Origin: Eledone cirrhosa
Lineage: Eukaryota
DNA length: 64,000 nt
Assembly (NCBI GenBank): GCA_964016885.1
Contig: OZ024759.1
Span: forward strand, 16,740,001 to 16,804,000
Direction: 5' to 3'
Below, in pieces: positions 41,301 to 53,300 of this stretch. The number at the start of each line of letters is the position of its first letter. Position 1 is the first letter of the stretch. The position numbers and the translations under genes are program-made. The notes below the pieces were generated by a model. That model made no database searches. It had not been told where the DNA came from and was given only the letters and a program-made list of their open reading frames with translations.

Positions 41301-44300
41301 TTCTCAAATCTGACCAACCACATTACATGTCCTCGACACAGCTTAACCCTTTAGCATTTACATTACTCTATATTTTCATGGTAAAGGCTTTACTGCACAT
41401 AATATCGAATCTATGAGATTTTTATATTATTTATTTTGAGAACAATACCTTAACATCAATATGGGTATCTCATTACAGCTGGTTTGAACAGGAAGCGGTG
41501 AGGGAATTCTGGCCAGATTCAGCCGGTTTAAATGCTAAAGTGTTAAGAGTCTTCCCAACTCTGCAGTATGTTATTCAAGTAGCTAATAATAATCTTATTG
41601 GTTTGTTTCAGACAAAATCTCCAGAAATGCGAGAAAAAGGAAAGAAAATAAGAAATGCTGATATTGCTAAGATTGAAATGGAAGAGGTGAGTCTTAGTGT
41701 TAGATCTTTAACATATCCACATACCTATCATAATCATCACCATAGGGTAATCTTGTTCTACTACTATTACCACCACTACTAAACTACTACTCTTAATACA
41801 ACTATTACTACTCTGAGGGTGTATGGCTTAGTGGTTAAAGCATTGGACTTACAATCATGAGATTGTGAGTTCAGAGCATTGGACTTACAATCATGAGGTT
41901 GTGAGTTCAGAGCATTGGACTTACAATCATGAGGTTGTGAGTTCAGAGCATTGGACTTACAATCATGAGGTTGTGAGTTCGATTCTCGGACCGCGCTTTA
42001 CATTACGTTCCTGAGCAAGACACTTTATTTCACGTTGGCATGCCAACACAAGAGCAAGAATTTTGGGGTCATTCTACTTTAAAGTTGGCTTTAAAGAGGC
42101 TGTTTGCATAATTGCAAACAAATCAAATATTATTATTAATATTCGAAAAACACAGATTACATTTATTGTATTCAGCCATGGAGAGCGATAAACTGTTTGT
42201 TTGTTATATATATATCTATATATATAAAGTTGTAGTTCCTGTCTGTTTGTTCACGAACTGTTCCTATGGTTTTGGAGATAGACCCCCCATAACCATATAT
42301 ATTCTGAAACTACATTGCCCAGTGTACCTGGATAAGTATGTTTCATTTTAATGAAAAGGTTCCCGGGAGCACAAACCCCCGCTGAAAATTTTTTTCCTTC
42401 GATTTATATGAAATTTAAACCACAGGTAAATGACAAGATATGATGCCTGTTCGCGAGGGTTAAACCCCCTATAGTGAAAGTTTGGGAAGCCTATAACTTG
42501 AGTATCGGAACCTTTATTATCACAGGGTTTTTCTATTAATTAAATGTAAATCAACAAAAAAAAAGCACCTTTCTTTTATAGAAATATTTGGATAATTTAG
42601 ACATTTTATTTATGGCAAAACATCATTAGAATTACGACAAGAAAAATTATTAGTTAATGCCTCTACTTTTTTAACATTTTTCCTTTATTTTTTCTCCATA
42701 AATTATATCACTGATTTAAAATCAATCATCATTTTCTTACAAAAAAAATGTGTGAAACGCAGCAAGGCGCGGGTAATTTGGCTAGTATATATATATATAT
42801 ATATATATATGTTGTCACGTCACTGCTGACAAACTGTATCAGCCATTGCCTTTCCCTTGGACATCATCGGTGGTATGGAGATGGGAGGCAGACTGGTATA
42901 CATGGGCGACTGCTGGTCTTCCACAAACAACCTTGTGCCTCGGAGAGGAACTTTCTAAGTGCAAATCCCATGGTCATCCTTGACCAAAGGGGGTCTTTAA
43001 CCTTACCACCCCCACTACTAAACTACTGCTATTAATACAATTACTAAGAGAGTGTTGAGTCATAGGGTAATCTTGTTTACTACTACTGCTACCACCAGCA
43101 CCATTGCTATCACTACTGCTACCGGCACTACCACCACCTCTACTACCAATAATAATACTACTACTACCACCACTGCTATCGCTACTGCTACCAGCACCAC
43201 CACCACCACCAATAATACTACTACTACCACCACTGCTATCACTACTGCTACCAACACCACTACCAATAATACTACTACTGCTACCACTACTGCTACCAGC
43301 ACTACCACCACCACCACTACCAATAATACTACTACTACCACCACTACTGCTACCAGCACCACCACCACCACCAATAATACTACTACTACTACCACCACTG
43401 CTACCACTACTGCTACCATCACTGCTACTACCACCACCACCACCACTACTAAACTACTACTTCTACTGTTACTGGTTTTGATCTGTTACAGGCTGAAAAA
43501 TCAAACAATGTGATAAAAAAGAAATTGGCAAAGACCCCAAAGACCAAGAAACTGATTGAAATTGGGACGGTGAGTGTTGCTGTTCTGTACCTCATTACCA
43601 TCTTTATACGTCTGTCCTGCTAGCATAGGTTGGCCGGGTTGTCGCAGACCAAGGGACATCTTAATTAGGGCTACTGACCTCTCAGATTGGACCAGGGGCT
43701 TGCATCTCATTTGCATATGTTCCCACACTCTATCAAGTTCATGCTTTCCAGTATAGTTACGTCCTTTTACGATCTGAGTTCAAATCCCGCCGAGGTTGAC
43801 TTTACCTTTCATCCTTACGGGGTCGATAAAATAAAAGTACCAGTAATGTACTGGGTAATTGCTGGCCTTGTGCCTAAAGTAGAAACAATTATTATGGGGA
43901 AGTGGATTGGCAGTATCGGTAGAGTGTCGGACGCCATGCTTTGTAGCATAGAGTTGTGGCCATTTACGTTATGAGTTCAAATCCCGTCGAGGTTAACTTT
44001 GCCTTTCATCCTTACGTGGTCGATAAAATAAGTACCAGTAATCCACTGGGGTAATTGCTGGCCTTGTGCCAAAAGTAGAAACAATTATTATGGAACTCTA
44101 TGCTGCAAAACGTGGTGTGTCTGACAGTTGAGCATCAGACACCATGCTTTACAGCATAGAGTTACGGCCCTTTACATTCTGATGTTTAAATCCCACCGAA
44201 GTTAACTTTGCCTTTAAGCTTTACGGGGTTGATTTCATCAACTTTCCCTTCTCCCAGAAACCATTGTTATTTATTTTTTTCCTTCTCAACAGATTTCTCA

Positions 44301-47300
44301 TGGCATCATTCTAAAGAAACTAGACAAGAACTTCAAAATATGTTTGATGCCCTCAGGAGTAACAGCTCTTCTACCCAAGATACATTTGTCAGATTTTGAA
44401 GAGCTTTCTGAGATATTTTGGAGTATTTTCCATGTAGGTGACACGCTGGATGTTGTGAATTTTAAACACTTGGAAAAGTTAAATGTATCCTTTAGAAGAT
44501 TAATGAGAAGAGATAACTGGTTGAAGTTTCTCTGATGTTTATATTGTAAACTTATTCTGTTGATAATTTACTGTGGCACCAGTACTGCCGTTTTACAGAG
44601 TGTACTGGGTGTATTTTATCATGGTATCATCACTACCACTTTACAGAGTGTACTGAGTGTATTTCATCATGGCGACAGCACTACCACTTTACAGTGTGTA
44701 CTGGGTGCATTTTATCATGGCTACAGCTCTACCACTTTATAAAGTGTACTGGATGTATTTTATCATGGCTCCAGTACTACCACTTTACAGAGTATACTGG
44801 GTGTATTTTATCATGGCTCCAGCACTACCACTTTACAGTGTGTACTGGATGCATTTTATCATGGCATCATCACTACCACTTTACAGAGTGTAGTGAGTGC
44901 ATTTTCTTCTGACACCAGCACTATTACTTTACAGAGTGTAGTGGGTGCATTTTCTTGTTGGACCAGCACTACCACTTAATAGTGTACTGGGTGCATTTTT
45001 ATCATGGTGCCGGTACTACCACTTTACAGAATGTACTGAGTGCACATTTTCTTGTGATCTAGACTACCTCTTTACAGTGTACTGAGTGTATTTGATAATG
45101 GCACCAGTAATTAATGTCTTTTTCCTCTTATTGTAAAATAATGTCCTATCTCTAATACTTAACATCCTGTAATGATTAGTAGAAAATATCTATTTAATGT
45201 TTAATTCAAATATTTATGGTACCTTTACTAGTGGATTGCTTTTTGTAAAAATTTGCTTTAAACTAAAGTAAAAAAAAATCTATTTTAGTGCTGTTTTATA
45301 CTATACTTTACAAGAATGTTTAACTAATGGGGCTTCATGTGGTACAGGGCATTAAGATATTAATTTTTAATGTGATGCAGTCATAGTTCTGTTTTTTACA
45401 TTTCAAGAATGTCTTGCTAATGTGGTTTCATACAGGACATTAAGAGTTAAATAAGTTTGATTTATGGTTAATTTTTGAAATATTTCTCCTTAAGCCTTTC
45501 TAAAGATATGTAGTCGTAAACGCAGTCAAATATTGGCAGCAGAAAGCGAAAAGTTTCTACATACATTCAGTGATATTCATGTAAGTTATTGACGTTTTTT
45601 TCTAATTTTTAACTCTTTTCATTTGTTCTTTTTATCGTCATCATCATCATCATCATCATCATTAACGTCTGTTTTCCCTGCTAGCATGGGTTTGGTGGGT
45701 TGACACAGACAAAGCCAGTACTTAATTGGTACCCCTCTCTCTGATGGGCTGGGAACCATCACCTTTACATATGTTCTCACACTCTACAGAGTAAGAAATG
45801 CTGTGCAATCATGGCACCAGCTTTAGGGAGGTTGTTTGGTAAATTTTCTATGGCTGGATGTCTTATCACCAACCACTTTACAGAGTGTCCTGGGTGAATT
45901 TTATTGTATTGTGTCCCCCAACATTATATTTACCTGATACAAACCTCTCCCAAGTTCTACAATACAGTGTGTATTGAGACCATGGTTTCTATAGCTGGAT
46001 GTTCTTCCTAACACCAACTACATGACCACTTTACAGAGCAGATGGGGTGTTTTTATCGTGGTACCAACACAACCACTTCACAGGGTGAACTGGGATTTTT
46101 TTTTATTGTGGCATCAACACTACCACCTTACAGGGTGGACTGGATGTTTTTTATCATGGCACCAGCACTGTCACTTTACAGGATTCCTGGGTGTGTTTTA
46201 TTGTGGCACCAACATTACCACTTCACAAGGTGGGCTGAATGGTTTTTATCATGGCATCAACACTACCACTTCATAGGGTGGGCTGGATGTTTTTTATCAC
46301 GGCACTAACACTACTACCACTTCACAGGGTAGACTGGGTGTGTTTTATTGTGGCACCAACACCAACACTACCACTTCACAGGGTGGGCTGGGTGGTTTTT
46401 ATCATAGCATCAACACTACCACTTCACAGGGTAGACTGGGTGTGTTTTGTTGTGGCACCAACACTACCACTTCACAGGGTGGGCTGGGTGTGTTTTATTG
46501 TGGCTCCAGCCCTACCACTTTACAGGGTGGATTGGATGGTTTTTGTTTATCATAGCTCTAGCCCTACCTCATTACAATCCTAGGTTGTTCATTATGCGCT
46601 CAGCCAGACTGGTGGAAAGCAGTGATATGAATGGCAGGCTAAAAATATATTTCATATTGTTGCAATGTGTTTTATTATTTCAGGTTGGTCAAATTCTGTC
46701 AGGGATTGTGAAAACAGTTGTCGATTATGGAATATTTGTAGAATTTCCTGGAGGTTTGAGGAGTTTGGCTGTCACTAAGGTAAGATGGTATCAACAGTCA
46801 TTTTTATTTAACATCTGCTTTTAATCATCATCATCATCATCATCAAAAGGGCGATGGATTGGCAGTATCGGTAGAGGGTCGGGTGCCATGCTTTGCGACA
46901 TAGCGTTACAGTCCTTTATGATCTGAGTTCAAATCCAACGGAGGTTAACTTTGCCTTTCATCCTTACGGGGTCGATAAAATAAAGCACCAGTAACGTACT
47001 GGAGGTTGATTTAATCGACTTTCCTCTCCCCCAAAATTACTGGCCTTGTGCCTTTACTAGAAATCGTTATTATTCTTTGCCTACTTATTCCTTAGAGGGT
47101 CGTGGGGGCAGAGTCTTCAAACACTCCTGCCAGTGGGTCCTGTCAGAAGACACCATCTCCAAATAATCCAGCTGGATCCCCAAGCGTGATCAGCCAAGAG
47201 AGATTGTTCCAATTACAGAGGGATCTCCTTGTTAAGCCTCCCAGGTGAAGTCTATGCTAAGTTTCTGGCAAACAGATGTAGGGAGATTGTCGAGTCGAAA

Positions 47301-50300
47301 CTGATGAACAGAGTGGTTTTAATATTTACATATTTACATAATATTTACATGTTTATTATTCATCTTAACCTTTTAGCATTTAAACCGGCCATATCCAGCC
47401 AGAATTCTCTCACCCCCTTTCTGTTCAAACTGGTTGTAACCGGTTGCTCATACCAATGTTAAGGTATTGTTCTTAAAATAAATAATGACATCATCAAAAG
47501 TTTGTAGATTCGATAATATGTGAGATAGTTATATGAGATAAAGCCTTTACCGGGGAAAATACAATAGTAAATATAGAGTAATGTAAATGCTAAAGGATTA
47601 ACCCTTAAGCATTTGCATTACTCTATATTTACTATTGTATTTTCGCAGTAAAAGCTTTACCTCAGATGATATCGAATCTATGGGATTTTGATATTATTTA
47701 TTTTGAGAACAATACTTTAACATCACTATGAGTGGCCGGTTTGAACAGAAAGAGGTGAGAGAATTCTGGCCAGTTTAAATGCTAAAGGGTTAAATAACAT
47801 TTCTTTTGGTTTCAAAGTAACAGAGTTTATGTATATCCATTTTCAGGATATAACAACAGAACTAGACACAAACTTACACAAATATTTTAAAAAAGGCATG
47901 ACGGTCTCCACACAAGTCTGCCAAGTCAGTAAAAAGAAGCATCAGTTTAGAGTCAGCTTGAAACCCAAGAAAACCAACATTGATCCTAGTTTTTGTCTAA
48001 ATTACTTTCAACTTTACTTTGAGGAGAAAAGAATCATTACAGAACTTTTAAGATCCAAGAAAGGTAAGTGTAGATTTGAAATTAATATTTTTTGTTTGTG
48101 TTTTGTCTTTACTCTTTTACTGGCTTCACACATTAACCCTTTAGCATTTAAACTGGTCATATCTGGCCAGAATTCCCTCACCCTATGGCTGCTTCTGTTG
48201 TTGTGACATCAGCACTATCCTCCTCCAGGGTGTACACATAATACATACACTATATATATGTTGTCCAAGGGAAAAGCAAGGACCGATACAGCTTGGCACC
48301 AGTGTCATGCCAACTCATATACATTATATATACACTGTATATGATGTCCAAGGGAAAAGCAAGGACCGATACAGCTTGGCACCAGTGTCATGCCAACTCA
48401 TATACATTATATATACACTGTATATGATGTCCAAGGGAAAAGCAAGGACCGATACAGCTTGGCACCAGTGTCAGGCCAACTCATATACATTATATATACA
48501 CTGTACATGTTGTCCAAGGGAAAAGCAAGGACTGATACAGCTTGGCACCAGTGTCATGCCAACTCATATACATTATATATACACTGTACATGTTGTCCAA
48601 GGGAAAAGCAAGGACCGATACAGCTTGGCACCAGTGTCATGCCAACTCATATACATTATATATCCCTTTAGTATTTAAACAGGCCACTCATACTTCTGTT
48701 AATGTATTTTTCTTAAAATAAATGATATCAAAATCTCATAAATTCGATATTATGTGAGATAATTATTTGATGTAAATCCTTTACCACAAAGGTATAATAG
48801 TATATATAGACTTATGTAAATGCTAAAGGGTTAAAACACTGCCTGTGATTTTCAAATTTTTTTTAAAGTCAAGAATTTGGTGTGATTTAGTAATATAATT
48901 AACTTTCTCATTATTAGATTGGTGTTTGGAGCACAACACAACAGAGGTTCTTACATAAAATTATTTAGATAAATATAAACACTTTAACACTTTCATATTT
49001 CTAATGAATGACAATGCCTATGATTTTCATATATATTTTTTCTTTAATCAAGAATTTGAAAGGATTTAGTAATACAACTTTTCCCATTATTAAGTTGGTG
49101 TTTGGAGCATAAAATAACAAAGGTTCTTACATAGAATCATGATTTTTGTCAGGGCACCAGCATACCACCTTAAAGGGTGGACTGGGTGCTTTTTGAATGA
49201 CACCAGTATAACCACTTTACTGGATGAACTGAATGCTTCTTTGTCATGGCACCAGCACTATCATCTTACTTGGTGGACTGGGTGCTTTGTGTCATGATAC
49301 CAGCACTACCACCTTACAAGGTGGACTGGGTGTTTTTTGTCATGGAACCAACACTACCATCTTACAGAATGGACTAGTTGCTTTTTATCACAGCACCAGC
49401 ACTACTGCCTTACAGAGTGGACTGGTTGCTTTTTATCATAGCACCAGCACTACTGCCTTACAAAGTGGACTGGGTGCATATTATCATAGAACCAAAGCTA
49501 CCACTTTACAGGGTGTACTGGGTGTATTTTCTCATAGCACCAACATTAACACCTTACAGAGTGGAATGGGTGCATTTTCTCGTAGTACCAGCACTACCAC
49601 TTTACAAGGTGTACTGGGTGTATTTTCTCATAGCACCAGCACTGCTACTTTACAGGGTGTACTGGGTGCTATTTGTCAGGGCTCATCTGATATTTTTTTG
49701 TGTGTTTTTCTTCTCTTACTAGATTTTTTGTGGATGTTTGGAGATTTGCAGGTTGGAGACTTATGTTGTGTGACTGTCACCAAAGTTTTTGAAGCAGGGA
49801 TAAATTGTGATTTGAAGTCTGGTACTAAAGGTTTCATTGCCATAAACCATACAAAAGGTAGGCTTAAAGCATGGTTTCATAGAACCATTGTTAGTTTTGT
49901 TTTATATGTGAAGCTCATACTTCATTATCATCATTGCTGTTTTATGTCCATTTTTCTATGCTTGCATGGATTACCTGGGTCTTTTTTACCATAGCATGGC
50001 ATCCCTCCACATGTAGAGGTCCTCTGTGGGCTTCAGTGATTTGGGATCAGCTCTCACAACCTCTGCCTGGGTGTTTCTTGGCATACCTCCACATGTAGCA
50101 TTCCTTTGTCATCTCCTCTCTGATTTAAGGTCAGCTCTTATAATCTCTCCCCGGGTCTTTCTTGGCATACCTCCACATGTAGCATTCCTTTGTCATCTCC
50201 TCTCTGATTTAAGGTCAGCTCTTATAATCTCTCCCCGGGTCTTTCTTGGCATACCTCCACATGAAGCATTCCTTTGTCATCTCCTCTCTGATTTAAGGTC

Positions 50301-53300
50301 AGCTCTTATAATCTCTCCCCGGGTCTTTCTTGGCATACCTCCACATGAAGCATTCCTTTGTTATCTCCTCTCTGATTTAAGATCAGCTGCCAGCATCTGT
50401 GTGTCTGTCTGTCCACCAGTATATGTCTATGTGTCTGTCTGTCTGTCCACCAGTATATGTCTATGTGTCTGTCTGTCTGTCCACCAGTATCTCTGTTGTC
50501 TGTCTGTCTGTCTGTCCACCAGTATCTCAGTGTCTGTGAGTCTATTTGTCTGTCTATCTGTCTACCATATATCATTCTGTTTACATCAATTATATTTTAT
50601 ACAAATAAAACAGTTTTCTCTGTGGTTTACCTTTCTGTCTAGGCCTCACTATAAAGGAGGATCAACAAATTGAAGGGGTTATATTGAATATTGGTCACTT
50701 GTATGGAATTGTGCAGCTGGTTGCATCTACCACTGTTGTGAAAAGGGTGAAGAAGACGAAGAAAAACTCAGTGGAGGTGCAGTAAATGTTTTTACTTTTT
50801 TTTTTATTGTTGAGGGTGGTGGGCACTTTAGAGGTTTTAGCAGTCCCCAACCACTACTGGTCCCAGTCCTCCATCATATGCTGAAATGTTGCAGTGTTGT
50901 GACCTATTGAGTCCCTAATGTTGTCAGACCAGCTCTGGCCCTTAGTAATCACCTCTGGTCCCAGTCCTCCATCATATGCTGAAATGTTGCAGTGTTGTGA
51001 CCTATTGAGTCCCTAATGTTGTCAGACCAGCTCTGGCCCTTAGTAATCACCTCTGGTCCCAGTCCTCCATCATATGCTGAAATGTTGCAGTGTTGTGACC
51101 TATTGAGTCCCTAATGTTGTCAGACCAGCTCTGGCCCTTAGTAATCACCTCTGGTCCCAGTCCTCCATCATATGCTGAAATGTTGCAGTGTTGTGACCTA
51201 TTGAGTCCCTAATGTTGTCAGACCAGCTCTGGCCCTTAGTAATCACCTTTGATCCCAGTCTTCCATCATATGCTGAAATGTTGCAGTGTTGTGACCTATT
51301 GAGTCCCTAATGTTGTCAGACCAGCTCTGGCCCTTAGTAATCACCTCTGATCCCAGTCCTCCATCATATGCTGAAATGTTGCAGTGTTGTGACCTCTTGA
51401 GTCCCTAATGTTGTCAGACCAGCTCTGGCCCTTAGTAATCACCTCTGGTCCCAGTCTTCCATCATATGCTGAAATGTTGCAGTGTTGTGACCTATTGAGT
51501 CCCTAATGTTGTCAGACCAGCTCTGGCCCTTAGTAATCACCTTTGATCCCAGTCCTCCATCATATGCTGAAATGTTGCAGTGTTGTGACCTATTGAGTCC
51601 CTAATGTTGTCAGACCAGCTCTGGCCCTTAGTAATCACCTCTGGTCCCAGTCTTCCATCATATGCTGAAATGTTGCAGTGTTGTGACCTATTGAGTCCCT
51701 AATGTTGTCAGACCAGCTCTGGCCCTTAGTAATCACCTCTGGTCCCAGTCTTCCATCATATGCTGAAATGTTGCAGTGTTGTGACCTATTGAGTCCCTAA
51801 TATCAGACCAGCTCTGGCCCTTAGTAATCACCTTTGATCCCAGTCCTCCATCATATGCTGAAATGTTGCAGTGTTGTGACCTATTGAGTCCCTAATATCA
51901 GACCAGCTCTGGCCCTTAGTAATCACCTCTGGTCCCAGTCTTCCATCATATGCTGAAATGTTGCAGTGTTGTGACCTATTGAGTCCCTAATATCAGACCA
52001 GCTCTGGCCCTTAGTAATCACCTTTGATCCCAGTCCTCCATCATATGCTGAAATGTTGCAGTGTTGTGACCTATTGAGTCCCTAATATCAGACCAGCTCT
52101 GGCCCTTAGTAATCACCTCTGGTCCCAGTCTTCCATCATATGCTGAAATGTTGCAGTGTTGTGACCTATTGAGTCCCTAATATCAGACCAGCTCTAGCCC
52201 TTAGTAATCACCTCTGATCCCAGTCCTCCATCATATACAGAGAGGTTGCAATATCATGACCTGTTGAGTCCCTAATGTTGTCAGACCAGCTAAAAATAAT
52301 GTTGAATATGTGTGGTTATTAATTAACACCCTGTAATGATTTAACAGAAAATAACTAAAAATAGGTTTGTTAATTCAAATGTTTATAGTATTTTACTAGT
52401 GGACAGATCTTTGTGAAAACTTTCAGTATTTCACTCAAAGACTTTAATTTATTAATGTGATAGGCCTCAGGCATACTTGGACCATGTACTATCAAGCTTC
52501 ACCATGAGGTGGGGTGGCTGTTGCAGCGAGTGTTACTGGCCATTGTCTGCAGGAATGCTTTTTGTGTCTTGTCTGTGCAGTCCCATTACCACCGCGCCCT
52601 AGGCCCAGAACCCAATCACCCTCATATTCCATTTCCGTTTTTTTTTAAATATTTTCTTATTTTACATTCCATTCTTTCTTCTCTTTCTATAAAATTGTGT
52701 TTACATGTTTATTTCTATTCAAAGAAGTCCTGTCATATGCAAATTTTGTCAAAAAAATTATGTTTTGTATTTTTCATATTTTGCTAATGTAGTTTCATCT
52801 GGTTTGTTAATTCAATATTTATAGTATCATTACTAGTGTGCAGATCGTTGTAAACATTTACAATATTAAAATAAAGTCTTCAATTTTTAATGTGATGCAG
52901 TCATGATGTTGTTTTGTATTTTTCAAAAATGTCTTGCAAATATGATTCCATGTGGTACAAGTTGTTAAGAGATAATTTTTGAAATTATCTTTTTTTAGAT
53001 CCCAAAGAATACAAATATCAGAGCAGTTGTGATGTTGGTTCAAAGGGAATTTATTGTGGTTCTTTTAAGGGTGAAAAGAAAATCAAGATTAGCTTATCTT
53101 TCTCCTAAAATGGTAATGTGTTTTTATTAAATATTTATTTATTTTACCATTTTGTATTCTAACTGATGAAAAATGAAATATTTTATATGTGAAAACTGAA
53201 GAGAGGCACTCATTTCATAAAAGTGTCTTCATTACTATATTTCTCATAAAAGACACTGTGTGATTTTTAAATAATTTTGAAAATAATCAAGAATTTGGTT

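Larger units (their letters stand above)
38486..41770 (+). repeat. Tandem segmental duplication (4 units, ~0.85-1.4 kb period), each carrying one exon
   Basis: Shared flanks gctaatagtaatcttattgatttgttgcag and gtgagttttagtattacatctttaatatatccccatacc, plus internal ~61-bp repeats. Confidence 0.93.

Noticed and set aside
43052-43513. 153-aa Thr-rich mucin-like ORF, plus poly-Val and poly-Leu/Pro frames
   Set aside because: A trinucleotide microsatellite inside an RRP5 intron, open in several frames; the real exon starts at 43492 in another frame.
49233-49994. 253-aa ORF with a repeated [10 protein letters not shown] motif
   Set aside because: SINE-derived minisatellite read in frame into the true exon 49723-49857, which has its own good acceptor.
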